Shown here piece after piece: positions 18,193 through 28,111 of a stretch of DNA of 32,320 bases. Source of the DNA: a virus (taxonomy: Duplodnaviria > Heunggongvirae > Uroviricota > Caudoviricetes); IMG/VR virus record IMGVR_UViG_3300044557_000292, positions 387,388 to 419,707 of that record. One strand, 5' to 3'. Position 1 is the stretch's first letter. Every line of letters starts with the position of its first letter. The notes under the pieces were generated by a model that was not told the DNA's origin, ran no database searches, and saw only the letters and a list, made by a program, of their open reading frames with translations. The position numbers and the translations under genes were made by a program.

Positions 18193-18795
18193 TTAACGTG
18201 TCTTAATGATCTCATCAACAAGACCATACTTGACGGCATCCCCGGCCGTGAAGACCTTGTTAAACTCGATGTCCTTACGAATCAACCCCCTGCTCTTACC
18301 CGTGTACTCGGAGAGCGTGGACTCCATCCACGCGCGGATACGATCAAGCTCCCCGGCAAGAACGGCGATCTCCGTTGCCTTGCCTCCCTCATTGCTCATG
18401 GCGGGCTGGTGGAGTACGACCCGCGCGTTCGGCAAGATGAACCTCTTACCACGAGTACCTGCCGCCAGGATGATGGCAGATGCGGCCACCGCCTGCCCCA
18501 GGCATACGGTCTGCACGTCCGTCTGCACGTACCTCATCGTGTCCACGATGGCCGTCATGGCCGAAGTAGATCCTCCCGGCGAGTTCACGTAGATCGTCAC
18601 GTCACGACGCCCGTCTTCCGCCTCAAGGGCGAGCAGCTGGGCTATCACGTCATTCGCCACCACGTCTGTCACTGGCTGCCCGAGGAAGATCACCCTGTCC
18701 TCATAGAGTCTGTCATATGGATCAATCCTCAGGTATCCCCCGTCACTGAGCCTCTTCGCCATTGACGGCAGTATGCGGCCATACGTGTCAGCCAT
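18193..18795 (-). CDS. clpP2: ClpP2-like subunit, predicted catalytically inactive
   Basis: DRVIFLG, YVNSPGGS and HQP are present, but GQAVAASA replaces GQAASAAA (Ser to Ala) and EFNKVF replaces the catalytic Asp. Confidence 0.9.
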   Translation of the reverse strand: MADTYGRILPSMAKRLSDGGYLRIDPYDRLYEDRVIFLGQPVTDVVANDVIAQLLALEAEDGRRDVTIYVNSPGGSTSAMTAIVDTMRYVQTDVQTVCLGQAVAASAIILAAGTRGKRFILPNARVVLHQPAMSNEGGKATEIAVLAGELDRIRAWMESTLSEYTGKSRGLIRKDIEFNKVFTAGDAVKYGLVDEIIKTR

Positions 18796-18813
18796 TCTCC
18801 ATCCCCTTCCCTA

Positions 18814-18838
18814 AGATTCCCCGCATGTCTGATGAACT
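18814..18838 (+). repeat. Possible internally deleted CRISPR-repeat derivative between clpP1 and clpP2
   Basis: AGATTCCCCGCATGTCTGATGAACT shares ATTCCCCGCAT (11 nt) and TGAAC with the array repeat. Confidence 0.3.
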
Positions 18839-18859
18839 TGTCATGATTCTCCTCTCGAC

Positions 18860-19483
18860 TCACTTGATGTCATCGATCGTGCTCACGATGTGATCAACGA
18901 ACCCGTAGTCAAGAGCTTCCTGGGCCGAGTACCAGTGATCATACTCATTGTCCTTCAGGATCTTCCTCACCGTATGGCCAGTCTGACCTGCCGTCAGTTC
19001 TGCCATCTTCCTCTTCATGTCGAGGATGAGATCAGCATCAATACGCACGTCAGTCTGTGTTCCACCCGCCCCTCCTGAGGGCTGGTGCATGAGCACGCGG
19101 GTCTCGTCGAGGAGGAACCTGTGACCAGGCTCACCTGACGACAAGATGAACTGTCCCATGCTAGCACATAGGCCAAGTCCAACCGTCCATACTGGCGCGC
19201 TGATCGATGTCATTATTGAGTACAGGGCCATGCCCGCTGTCACGGATCCTCCCGGCGAGTTGATGAAGAGTATGATGGGCTTAATCTTATCCTCACCGTT
19301 CATGATGATGAGACGGGCGGCAAGCTCATTGCAATTGTCATCACTGACCTCACCACGTAGCCAGAGGATCCTATTAGCACTCAACCTCTTGTACGGGTCA
19401 TCTTGATTACGATCGTGACTCACTAATTCATGCGAGCCCGAGTCGAATTCTAATATTCCATTCATGTGTGACCATGGTACCAA
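18860..19483 (-). CDS. clpP1: ATP-dependent Clp protease proteolytic subunit 1
   Basis: FINSPGGSVTAG, GLCASMG (Ser), MHQP (His) and NEYDHW (Asp): the triad is intact. Confidence 0.93.
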   Translation of the reverse strand: MVPWSHMNGILEFDSGSHELVSHDRNQDDPYKRLSANRILWLRGEVSDDNCNELAARLIIMNGEDKIKPIILFINSPGGSVTAGMALYSIMTSISAPVWTVGLGLCASMGQFILSSGEPGHRFLLDETRVLMHQPSGGAGGTQTDVRIDADLILDMKRKMAELTAGQTGHTVRKILKDNEYDHWYSAQEALDYGFVDHIVSTIDDIK

Positions 19484-19591
19484 AAACGATCAATAGGAAT
19501 GGAATGACGCAACACTCGGGTTGAATATTCTTTTGAAGACCCATATTAGACAACTGATCAGCAAGCGATTCCACTTGGTACCATACCCGTT

Positions 19592-19873
19592 ATGGCGTAC
19601 ATTACGAGTAGAGAACTCCTCAGGAGGGTCGCTGAGAAGACGGGTTCTAGTGAGTACATGGTGAACAAGATCATGTCCACGCTCACTGACGAGATCGCCA
19701 GCAGCCTGGATGAGGACACTGACGTTAAGATCCGCGGCATCGGAACGGTGACCGTGAAGATCATGAAGCCGAGGAGGCTGTACTCTCCAGCTGAGGGCAA
19801 GATGGTAACGATCCCAGAGCGTAAGAACGTGGTTATCAAGCCGTCAAAGACCATTGAGAGATCGCTGAGCTAG
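19592..19873 (+). CDS. HU/IHF-family DNA-binding protein
   Basis: 93 aa, basic. ELLRRVAEKTG..VKIRGIGTVTV..PRRLYSP..G..VTIP..VVIKPSK follows the HU pattern. Confidence 0.85.
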   Translation: MAYITSRELLRRVAEKTGSSEYMVNKIMSTLTDEIASSLDEDTDVKIRGIGTVTVKIMKPRRLYSPAEGKMVTIPERKNVVIKPSKTIERSLS

Positions 19874-19937
19874 CTTGACGCTCTCCACAAGAGAGCCATT
19901 TGACCCGCGGGACAATGCCGTCCCCCAGTCTTGCCCT

Positions 19938-19964
19938 CCCGATCGTTAGCACCAGCTGTTCTAC
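19938..19964. repeat. Dispersed intergenic motif, copy 2
   Basis: CCCGATCGTTAGCACCAGCTGTTCTAC, between the convergent HU and permease genes. Confidence 0.7.
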
Positions 19965-20038
19965 AGCACTATCTGATAGGGGTTGATAAGACTAGTTAAC
20001 CGTTGGTCTGGTCGCTAATACGATCAAGATCATGGCGT

Positions 20039-22051
20039 CTACTCATCCCTGATTCCATGAGCTCCGTCCCTGAGCACGATGATCCCGGGGATGAATGCGC
20101 TCACCCAGCCGATCACGATGCTGGCCACGACAAGCCACGAGATAAGGAGCAACGGGAATCCTCCACCCCCAATCGTACTCATGCCGACGATCACGCCAAC
20201 CACACTACCAGCAATGGTTGACGATAGACCCGCGAACCCAGTGATCATTACCGCCTCCATCCATAGTGACCTCTTCAACTGCATGCCACTCATGCCGTAA
20301 GCAGATAGTAGCCCAAGCTCCCTCTTCCTCTGCATGATGGACAATGTCATCATCGTCATGAGCCCAAGAACGCTCACCGTGATGACTAGGGATGCTGCCG
20401 CGTACTCGACTAGGAGTGTCTGTAGAGCCGAGGCTCCCCATGACTTGATTCTAGACTCCCTATCCTCGCCCACGTAGTCTTTACCGTACCTAGACCTCCA
20501 TGCTCTCACGAACCCGTGGTCATTAGGATCAGTGGTCACGATGTACGCGCTGGTCGCGTGCGTAAGCTTGTACGCGGAATCACTCACGAAGATACCGTCA
20601 GAGCTGTACCCGTCTATGATAGCCCCAACCCTTATCACGACGTTCTTACCATGCGTCTCATCTTTGACCGTGAGCTTTTGACCGACCTTGAGCCCATACT
20701 TTTCAGCATTCTTGGACCCGACTATAGCCTGTCCCTCCTCATAGGCCTCGGCAACATCGGGATGGCCAACAATCATATCCTCGAACGGGTTGCTGCCCTT
20801 GACCGCATGAATACGGTACAAGTACACGTCATTGTCAGCCTGATCGGTCTTCCCCACGTTAAGAACGGTTCCCTGGAACTCGTAGACGGCATCAACCGTA
20901 CCCATCTGAGCCCATTCCTGAACGTCAGAATCACGGAACGCCCTAGGAGTTGACCCATTCGCGTTATTATTGATCTTGAGCGTACCGTTATACCCCGTTG
21001 CTGCTTCAAGGGAATCCTGATCGCTCTGCCATGACCCCACAACGGTAACCGCTCCAAGGAACATGACGCCAACAGTGAACGCGGTTGCAACCGCCACAGC
21101 GCTCGTCCCCCTCGCCGTTACAGACCTCACCGCCATCTTGAAGACTGGAGCATTCAGATTCCTCGTGATCTTATCGATGAGCCCGAACAGTCCGCGGAAT
21201 AGTATCGGGAACGAAATATAGAATCCCATGACGATGAGGGCAGATGCCCCGACAGCAGTCTCCACGGTCACGCTACCGCCCATGAACGCGATGAGGTTAC
21301 CCGTCACCATGACCGTGATTCCAATGAGGAATCGCGTGCTATCGGAGATGCGGGAGTGATTCCTCTCCCGCTCTCCAAGCGTTCCCATAGCAGCGTTCTT
21401 TGATGGTCCCCATGATGCTATCATGCTGGCCAGCAGCCCACCGATGACAGCAACCGGTATCGACCACCATGAGAAGTTCAGGGCTGCCTCGTTTAACCCG
21501 CCTCCGTCCAGCGTCCTCAGCCACGGAATCATTGAAGACACGATGGCCACTCCCACGCCCACTCCGAGGAATGATCCAAGCGTGGCCGCCACGAGCGTCT
21601 GCAGCCTGATCGTCCACTCCAAGTCTATAGGATCTTCACCCATGAGGAGGAGTAGAGTGTAGTCCTTCCTAGACTCTAATCCAGCAACGATCACGGTCTG
21701 TCTTATGTTCACGATCCCAGTGATGAGGCAGGCGATGGCAGAGAACCAGAACACGAACTGCATGTCAGAATCACCGATCTTCAAGATGAGGGCGATCGTG
21801 GCCGCCGTCACGCCGAAGAACACGGCCGTAACGATACTCAGCCACCTGCTCTTATTCCTCCAGAGCTGCCTCCAGAACACGTTGCGCAGGAGCCCACTCC
21901 TGTCCAGGGGTCGGAAGTGATCTTTCGAAGATCTGGCGGCCAGCATGTGCGCATCTACACGATCTGTAAAATTCAAACGATGCTCCCTAAGATAATAAAC
22001 TGGATTATTCTGATTCCTGAGATCCGGCATCAGCACGGGATGGATTACCAT
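20039..22051 (-). CDS. FtsX/MacB-family ABC permease
   Basis: Two FtsX-like TM blocks, an extracytoplasmic domain, and QRKRELGLLSAYGM. Confidence 0.85.
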   Translation of the reverse strand: MVIHPVLMPDLRNQNNPVYYLREHRLNFTDRVDAHMLAARSSKDHFRPLDRSGLLRNVFWRQLWRNKSRWLSIVTAVFFGVTAATIALILKIGDSDMQFVFWFSAIACLITGIVNIRQTVIVAGLESRKDYTLLLLMGEDPIDLEWTIRLQTLVAATLGSFLGVGVGVAIVSSMIPWLRTLDGGGLNEAALNFSWWSIPVAVIGGLLASMIASWGPSKNAAMGTLGERERNHSRISDSTRFLIGITVMVTGNLIAFMGGSVTVETAVGASALIVMGFYISFPILFRGLFGLIDKITRNLNAPVFKMAVRSVTARGTSAVAVATAFTVGVMFLGAVTVVGSWQSDQDSLEAATGYNGTLKINNNANGSTPRAFRDSDVQEWAQMGTVDAVYEFQGTVLNVGKTDQADNDVYLYRIHAVKGSNPFEDMIVGHPDVAEAYEEGQAIVGSKNAEKYGLKVGQKLTVKDETHGKNVVIRVGAIIDGYSSDGIFVSDSAYKLTHATSAYIVTTDPNDHGFVRAWRSRYGKDYVGEDRESRIKSWGASALQTLLVEYAAASLVITVSVLGLMTMMTLSIMQRKRELGLLSAYGMSGMQLKRSLWMEAVMITGFAGLSSTIAGSVVGVIVGMSTIGGGGFPLLLISWLVVASIVIGWVSAFIPGIIVLRDGAHGIRDE

Positions 22052-22820
22052 GACCAGTTGTAATTCTTGACAGATCAGCCGCCCTCGTCATAGCGTCCTC
22101 AAGATCATTCCTCTTCGGGTGCTCGATATCGTCAGTGATCCTTCCATCTGAAAGCACCAGACCCCTGTCCGATAGCTGGGCGGCATCCATGCTATGCGTG
22201 ACCATGATGACCGTGAGCCCAAGATCATCAACCATTGACCGTAGGAGACGGAGGACCTCACCCGTAGACTTAACGTCAAGGGATCCCGTTGGCTCATCTG
22301 CCAGCACGACGGGTGGACGCTGGAGTAGAACCCTCGCGAGCGCTGTCTTCTGTTGTTGTCCCCCCGAGAGCTCTGACGGCATGTGTTCTAGTCGATTCGT
22401 AAGCCCAAGCGAGTCCACGATGCTCTTCATCCTGTCACGATCATAACGCTTACCGTCAAGAGACATTGGGAGCAGGATATTCTCCCTGCACGTGAGCACG
22501 GGTATGAGCCCGTACTGTTGGAAGATGAATCCTATTGACCTTCTCCTGAACTCAGATCTTCTGCTCTTCCCCAGGGATTGCACTGGGATGCTATTAATGA
22601 TCGACGAGCCCTCATCTGGCTCATCGAATCCAGACATGCAGTGCAGTAGGGTAGACTTGCCGGAGCCCGACGCGCCAACTATGGCTGTCATCTCGCCCTT
22701 CCTGAACCTCACGGTGACGTGATCCAGCGCGAGCACCCGAGCCTCGCCAGTACCATACGTCTTCGTTAGATTGCTGGCAGACGCTGCTATTAGCCCATCA
22801 GTTGTTCCATTGATAGTCAT
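22005..22820 (-). CDS. LolD/MacB-type ABC ATPase
   Basis: GASGSGKST, LSGGQQQK, LADEPTGSLD and MVTHS. Confidence 0.92.
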   Translation of the reverse strand: MTINGTTDGLIAASASNLTKTYGTGEARVLALDHVTVRFRKGEMTAIVGASGSGKSTLLHCMSGFDEPDEGSSIINSIPVQSLGKSRRSEFRRRSIGFIFQQYGLIPVLTCRENILLPMSLDGKRYDRDRMKSIVDSLGLTNRLEHMPSELSGGQQQKTALARVLLQRPPVVLADEPTGSLDVKSTGEVLRLLRSMVDDLGLTVIMVTHSMDAAQLSDRGLVLSDGRITDDIEHPKRNDLEDAMTRAADLSRITTGHGNPSRADAGSQESE

Positions 22821-22895
22821 GGATTGAAGATATCAGACGAAATGGGTCTTTCCGGGTAGCAGGCCATCAGGGGCTGGTATCCACCGGTAAGATCT

Positions 22896-23492
22896 TCAGG
22901 AGACTCTGATGGGATCCCGGTCTCCTCCGAACGTGCGTGAAAGATCCAAATCGTGGATCGCCCCGTCGGCAGGTCTTATAATGAAGAGTGTATTTTGTGA
23001 GTGCTTGGGATCGGTCACCCACGCAATGACCTTACGGTACTCCCGCTCAAGGGCTCTTAGCCGCGAGTCAGCATACTTCTCGTCAATGAGCAGACGATCA
23101 CTCATCCAGTCTTCACCTCTGTGAGACCACGCCTTAAGCACGGCGGCTGCATGACCGGCGGCCGCCTCCCATTCCTCCCGGATCGCATCGTCAAGATCAT
23201 GCTGATTCAGCTTAGCGTCCTGTAATCGTAAGGACGCTTCACTCTGGAACCATCCTGGGATGGGCTCATCATGCTTGACCTTCCATTCAAGCATCTCACC
23301 CATCCTTCTCGTCTCAACGTCCATCATCGATTCAGCATCAGATCTAGACCACCCGCGGAATATGCTCACGAACCAGTCACCAATTGGGCTCAGCACCCGC
23401 CTCACACCGTACAAGAATGACGAGAGACCGTTAATCACCCTGCTATCATGATCCGTATCCACGACAGACCCCATCTTATCCTCATCAGTCAT
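22896..23492 (-). CDS. Hypothetical protein
   Basis: 198 aa with AGGAGG RBS. Confidence 0.6.
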   Translation of the reverse strand: MTDEDKMGSVVDTDHDSRVINGLSSFLYGVRRVLSPIGDWFVSIFRGWSRSDAESMMDVETRRMGEMLEWKVKHDEPIPGWFQSEASLRLQDAKLNQHDLDDAIREEWEAAAGHAAAVLKAWSHRGEDWMSDRLLIDEKYADSRLRALEREYRKVIAWVTDPKHSQNTLFIIRPADGAIHDLDLSRTFGGDRDPIRVS

Positions 23493-23536
23493 GCATCCTC
23501 CTTATAGAAGATCCCCACGATCATCATTTCTTTCAT

Positions 23537-23920
23537 CTAGATCAGGAATGGGTTCACTGGCGCGTCATACGCCCCACCCATACCCGTGGCGTCACGCCCC
23601 GACGTGACCTTGATTGGCTCGGCCTCAGGATTCGACAGGACGTCCTTAAGACCGTCCTCCCTGATCTTCTCCCTTGACTCATAATCGTACAGGGTCTTCC
23701 TCGCCCTGTCAAGGAACCTATCGACCTCCCGGGCGTCATACCATCGCCCACTACTCTTAGCTCTGAAGGTAACCGTCTTCACCTCATCAGAAGTCACGTC
23801 TACCCCATCGGTAGGCTCAGGGCTATCATGCTTCCCGTCTTCAATCCTAGCAGCATTCCTCTTATCGTCATCCTCATCATGAGGACGATCAGGATCGCCT
23901 TCCTTCTTGAACCAGCTCAT
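23537..23920 (-). CDS. DivIVA-domain protein
   Basis: VTSDEVKTVTFR..GRWYDAREVDRFLDR matches the DivIVA domain motif. GGAGG RBS. Confidence 0.7.
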   Translation of the reverse strand: MSWFKKEGDPDRPHDEDDDKRNAARIEDGKHDSPEPTDGVDVTSDEVKTVTFRAKSSGRWYDAREVDRFLDRARKTLYDYESREKIREDGLKDVLSNPEAEPIKVTSGRDATGMGGAYDAPVNPFLI

Positions 23921-23922
23921 GC

Positions 23923-24708
23923 TTATTCCTCCAATCTTCCAGTAAAGAGCGCTCCAGCAGTCATCGAGAAGATTCCATTCCCCTGGATCGTATTCCTCGA
24001 CATATAGAGTCCTCTATTCGTATGCACGGTTGTAGATAGATATGACTCCCGGCCGCCAAGCAGGCCAACCAGACGGGCTCGGGTGGGTCTACCATGACTC
24101 ATCCATGAATCGTACTCACTACCGTGGCCAGTTGCAGACAAACGCGATGTTAGTATTGAGTGGTAGCAGTAAAGCACGTCTTCCATCTGTAACTCTGGTC
24201 TATTCAGTACTAATGATGACAACTGCACTTCTAGGACAATTGATTCTACATTATGGTCATCACGGACGTAGGCGATCTTCCCAGTATTCCGATCTTCGCT
24301 ACGCAGTATCTCATTCACGTTGTGATCGATCATAGATATAATCCGCGGCGCGAACATCACGACCTCATACCCGTTCACCTCATCTGTACCGTGAACGTGT
24401 GGGATAGTACTCCTCTTGAGGTCATCGATTACAGCATGATCATCTATAATGACGACCTTGAACCCTGGGTATGAGCTAAGATCTTCGATGTCGAGTACGG
24501 ATACCAGACTGTCAAACGCATTCAGAACTATAGTCGACAACGCCCCAACGTCTATTCTGCTAGCATTACTAGCCCAAATAGCAACCAGGACGCGAGCATC
24601 TTTTAGGATGCAGAATGGGCCTCCATCGCCATTAGGAATGGGGAGACGCCTCACCACTCCAATGTACTCAGTCATGTCCAACGTCATCATTCCCATCATT
24701 AAGATCAT
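23923..24708 (-). CDS. Hypothetical protein
   Basis: 261 aa, coupled to its neighbours. Confidence 0.6.
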   Translation of the reverse strand: MILMMGMMTLDMTEYIGVVRRLPIPNGDGGPFCILKDARVLVAIWASNASRIDVGALSTIVLNAFDSLVSVLDIEDLSSYPGFKVVIIDDHAVIDDLKRSTIPHVHGTDEVNGYEVVMFAPRIISMIDHNVNEILRSEDRNTGKIAYVRDDHNVESIVLEVQLSSLVLNRPELQMEDVLYCYHSILTSRLSATGHGSEYDSWMSHGRPTRARLVGLLGGRESYLSTTVHTNRGLYMSRNTIQGNGIFSMTAGALFTGRLEE

Positions 24709-26062
24709 TGGCTAACGCAGGGGTCATGGGCATAGCACCATTGAGAATCTTTTCCATTCTTACGGATAGCGACCTGCTAGGCCATGTGAGCGCCTCGAAC
24801 ATCCTGAACAGGGGGCCAGGATCAGCATTATACGCGCCGGCCTCACCGTTCACGATGTGATCGAAGATAGCAGCGTCATCATCTTGATCTGTGAGTAGAT
24901 CATTCGCATCTACCCATGATGGAAGCATCCTGAGACCCCGCCACGTGTCAGCAGCCAACCCCATGATCTGATCTTCATCAGACGACGTGAGATCTTGCAC
25001 CTCGCGCTCATAGGAATCATGTGGTAGCCCATCTTGCGACCATGCTTCTGGTATCACGCCTGTCGTAATGAGCTGCATGAGGTCATCGAGGAGGCCGGAG
25101 GCTATACGATCGGATAAGATGGTGTCTGAGTCCCAATCCCTATCCACGATCCACCATGACAGCTCTGATGCGAGTCTTGCCGCACCCACGTGTTCTTGAG
25201 ATCTCGCCCATAATCTAGACGTCCAATCGGCTACTCCGCCTGCCAGGGTTGAGACGACCCTACCAGCAATCCTGTTATTGGGTCTTCCTCCCAATAACGC
25301 CACAACCCTCCTGTACGGCAGCCATTGCCCCCACGACATGCCGGCAGCATCAAGATCATCAGTCCAATCAGACCACGATCCGGGGAGGTTCATGTGGAGG
25401 TCAGTCGCCTTCAGTCGCCCGTACACGTCGACTGACGAGGCGTCTATCACGTCCATATCATCGGCTGACGGTGAGACCATGTTACTCGACCTCCTAATGA
25501 TCTCATCTATGGTGGTCTCATCCTCATCGCCATAAATCTTCTCGAGACGATGCAGTTCGAGATCCTCGGCCACCCTCACGAGGAAGAATGCCGCCCTGCT
25601 CGGATCGAGATTCCAAAGATCGCGGAATGATTCCTTAAAGTGCTCCTCATCATCAGGCGTCCACATGGACGGATCAACGTCATGAACGATCCTGATGGCA
25701 TTCCACCAGCTCAGACCCGGCCCATCAATTGGTGACGCGCCGTCGAATATCCTCATTGACCTGTCCATGCAGAACACGTCATGGGTGTCAGCCCACTGGT
25801 AAAGACAAATTGGAGAGGGGACCCTATAATCCACCTTCTCATCATCAGCATAAACAGAACGTACAGTCATGGTCCTCGGATCCATGCCGACAACAATTGG
25901 AGTCGACGCGGTGAACCCACCCGCAAGCTCGAACGCTCTCCTCGCATTCACCAATCCAACCATGATCGTCCTCCAAAGATTCCATAAATCACATAATCTA
26001 TACTTATTGTAATCAACAGTGGATGCGATTGCAATATTCCCCGTTGCTAGCTCATTGCCCAT
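24668..26062 (-). CDS. Hypothetical acidic, Trp-rich protein
   Basis: 464-aa ORF with no motif recognised. Confidence 0.65.
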   Translation of the reverse strand: MGNELATGNIAIASTVDYNKYRLCDLWNLWRTIMVGLVNARRAFELAGGFTASTPIVVGMDPRTMTVRSVYADDEKVDYRVPSPICLYQWADTHDVFCMDRSMRIFDGASPIDGPGLSWWNAIRIVHDVDPSMWTPDDEEHFKESFRDLWNLDPSRAAFFLVRVAEDLELHRLEKIYGDEDETTIDEIIRRSSNMVSPSADDMDVIDASSVDVYGRLKATDLHMNLPGSWSDWTDDLDAAGMSWGQWLPYRRVVALLGGRPNNRIAGRVVSTLAGGVADWTSRLWARSQEHVGAARLASELSWWIVDRDWDSDTILSDRIASGLLDDLMQLITTGVIPEAWSQDGLPHDSYEREVQDLTSSDEDQIMGLAADTWRGLRMLPSWVDANDLLTDQDDDAAIFDHIVNGEAGAYNADPGPLFRMFEALTWPSRSLSVRMEKILNGAMPMTPALANDLNDGNDDVGHD

Positions 26063-26133
26063 CCAAATAACCGGCAGTTACCACATCATAGGATTTGCAT
26101 TACCGGCGACTATACGGGTAATATGGTCTTCAC

Positions 26134-26652
26134 GTGTTTGTTAACGAAGGTCTTATCAGGAAGGAAGATCACATCATGGCGCATCATGGTAACAGTAATC
26201 AGTATGGAAGAGCAATCGTAGGCGTGCTAGTGGCTGCTGGCATATCAACCGTGCTCGCAGGAATTGGATGGAGCATCACTAAGATCATTGACGGGAAGTA
26301 CGCGGCGCTTGACGGTGGTCTCACCCACGGGAGCGAAGACGACTGGTATGAGGACGTGCAAGATGATGCGGGGTACGATTACTGGGTGACCATGTGGAAT
26401 GAGATCAACAAGCGCTTGCTGAGCGATAAGATCTTTCCAATCGACCTCATGTTAAGAAATGGTGGACAGTCACGCGAGCTGACCCATCATCTGCTCGACA
26501 CGTATTACGAGAGTGGCCATGAGGACAATATGGAATGGTTGATCCTCCATGAGGATGAGATCGTACGATTCCTGAATGACATCAAACCGGATGGGAGCAT
26601 CGCTTTTGATCCAGAGCACAAAATGGTCATTAGGAGCAATGGGGGCCGCTAG
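26134..26652 (+). CDS. Hypothetical protein with N-terminal TM helix
   Basis: Likely start is ATG 26176 after AGGAAGG. Hydrophobic AIVGVLVAAGISTVLAGIGW. Confidence 0.6.
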   Translation: MFVNEGLIRKEDHIMAHHGNSNQYGRAIVGVLVAAGISTVLAGIGWSITKIIDGKYAALDGGLTHGSEDDWYEDVQDDAGYDYWVTMWNEINKRLLSDKIFPIDLMLRNGGQSRELTHHLLDTYYESGHEDNMEWLILHEDEIVRFLNDIKPDGSIAFDPEHKMVIRSNGGR

Positions 26653-26755
26653 GGGATTGCTAGAGAAGCTCAAATAACCTAGATCAGAACATATCTTGCC
26701 CATGTAAGATGAGTCAGCAGTCTCATGGGAGAATCGACGAATAGGCCAGCCCAGG

Positions 26756-28036
26756 ATGATCTTGGGCTGGTTGGAAAGGGTAGACGCTATGAGCGCCAGT
26801 CAACAGGAAGAAATCAATCCGCATGAGAGTCTGGTCAATGACGCGGAGGGCGCGTACGGGCAGTGGAATTCGATCCTTGGTCACGTGATCCTCACGCAAG
26901 ATGAGGTCATGAGCCCAATACAGGACACGATCCGCGGCGTCAGGTTCAAGGGTGAGGAGCCCCGCGCGAAGCACACTGACGGCACGATGAATGATCTCCT
27001 AGACGAGTATTACAGGAGACGGCGCAATGCCGAGGATAAGATACGATTCCTCAGCCACACCTTCTTTGAAGATTCCGGGATGCTTGACGAGAGGGTGTCA
27101 TACTCGCCCGTAAGGATGATTGGATGGTGGGTGAAGAACCTATCCGATGAGATCGACTGGATACTTGCTAATGGAGGAACGCTGGAAGATCCGTACGACC
27201 AGTCGTCGTTCTATGATCCGAACAAGATACCCCCAGCGTTCACTGATCGTGACCTCACCACCGAGGGCATTCGCAAGATCTGTGGGTCTGCTGTCATCCT
27301 ACAGGGTAGAACACCGTCTGACGTTGGCTACCTGCAATCGAAGATCGATGAGGAGGTTGAGAAGAATGAGCTTCTATCAGGGCGTACTTTCACCACGCGC
27401 GAGCGTACGGATGCAACCGTGCAAGCAATCAGGCACATGCTCACTAGACACCGCACTGTTGACACGGTTCTTGGTATAGATCTTGAGACCACTGGACTCA
27501 AGCCGTCGAGGGCTTGGGTCATCAACTCGGGCTGGCTGTACACTGACCTGCATGATCCAACTGGAAGGCTCTATGGCGGGGAGAGGAGATCATACGGCGT
27601 GTCAAAGACGAGGATGATGCTTGGGAATCCCACCGAGAACATCAGCGGTATCACGACGGGGGAACTTGATGGGCTCAAGCCGCTCGAGCTTGACCCGTGC
27701 ATGCAAGATGAGATACTAGACGCCCTTACCGGGGGCGTACCGTTCGTTGCTCACTCCGCCGGATTCGAGGACTCGTTCTTCAAGCAGAACATTGACGGGT
27801 ATGCTGAGGCAAAGCGCGACGGGCTTGTCAAGATCATTGACTCTAGGAAGATCAGTCAATGGCTAGATGATTATGACGGTAAGAGGGGGAATCATCTCGA
27901 ACAGTACGCCAGGCACTGGAATGCGTTAGACCCAGAACTGGATAGGGAGCGTCACCTTGGTCTTGAGGATTCGGAGATCATGCTCAGGGCCATGGGTCGC
28001 CACTTAAGGTCAATAACACCACAAGATGAGAAGTAG
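26756..28036 (+). CDS. DEDDh/DnaQ-like 3'-5' exonuclease with N-terminal extension
   Basis: GIDLETTG (ExoI), VAHSAGFE (ExoII-like) and RHLGLEDS (ExoIII). Likely start is ATG 26789. Confidence 0.85.
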   Translation: MILGWLERVDAMSASQQEEINPHESLVNDAEGAYGQWNSILGHVILTQDEVMSPIQDTIRGVRFKGEEPRAKHTDGTMNDLLDEYYRRRRNAEDKIRFLSHTFFEDSGMLDERVSYSPVRMIGWWVKNLSDEIDWILANGGTLEDPYDQSSFYDPNKIPPAFTDRDLTTEGIRKICGSAVILQGRTPSDVGYLQSKIDEEVEKNELLSGRTFTTRERTDATVQAIRHMLTRHRTVDTVLGIDLETTGLKPSRAWVINSGWLYTDLHDPTGRLYGGERRSYGVSKTRMMLGNPTENISGITTGELDGLKPLELDPCMQDEILDALTGGVPFVAHSAGFEDSFFKQNIDGYAEAKRDGLVKIIDSRKISQWLDDYDGKRGNHLEQYARHWNALDPELDRERHLGLEDSEIMLRAMGRHLRSITPQDEK

Positions 28037-28111
28037 AAGCAATATGGGAGTTGTAATGATGGTGTAGAAGCATTCTACTTGAAATGCGAGGAATGAAGGG
28101 AAGATGGAATC

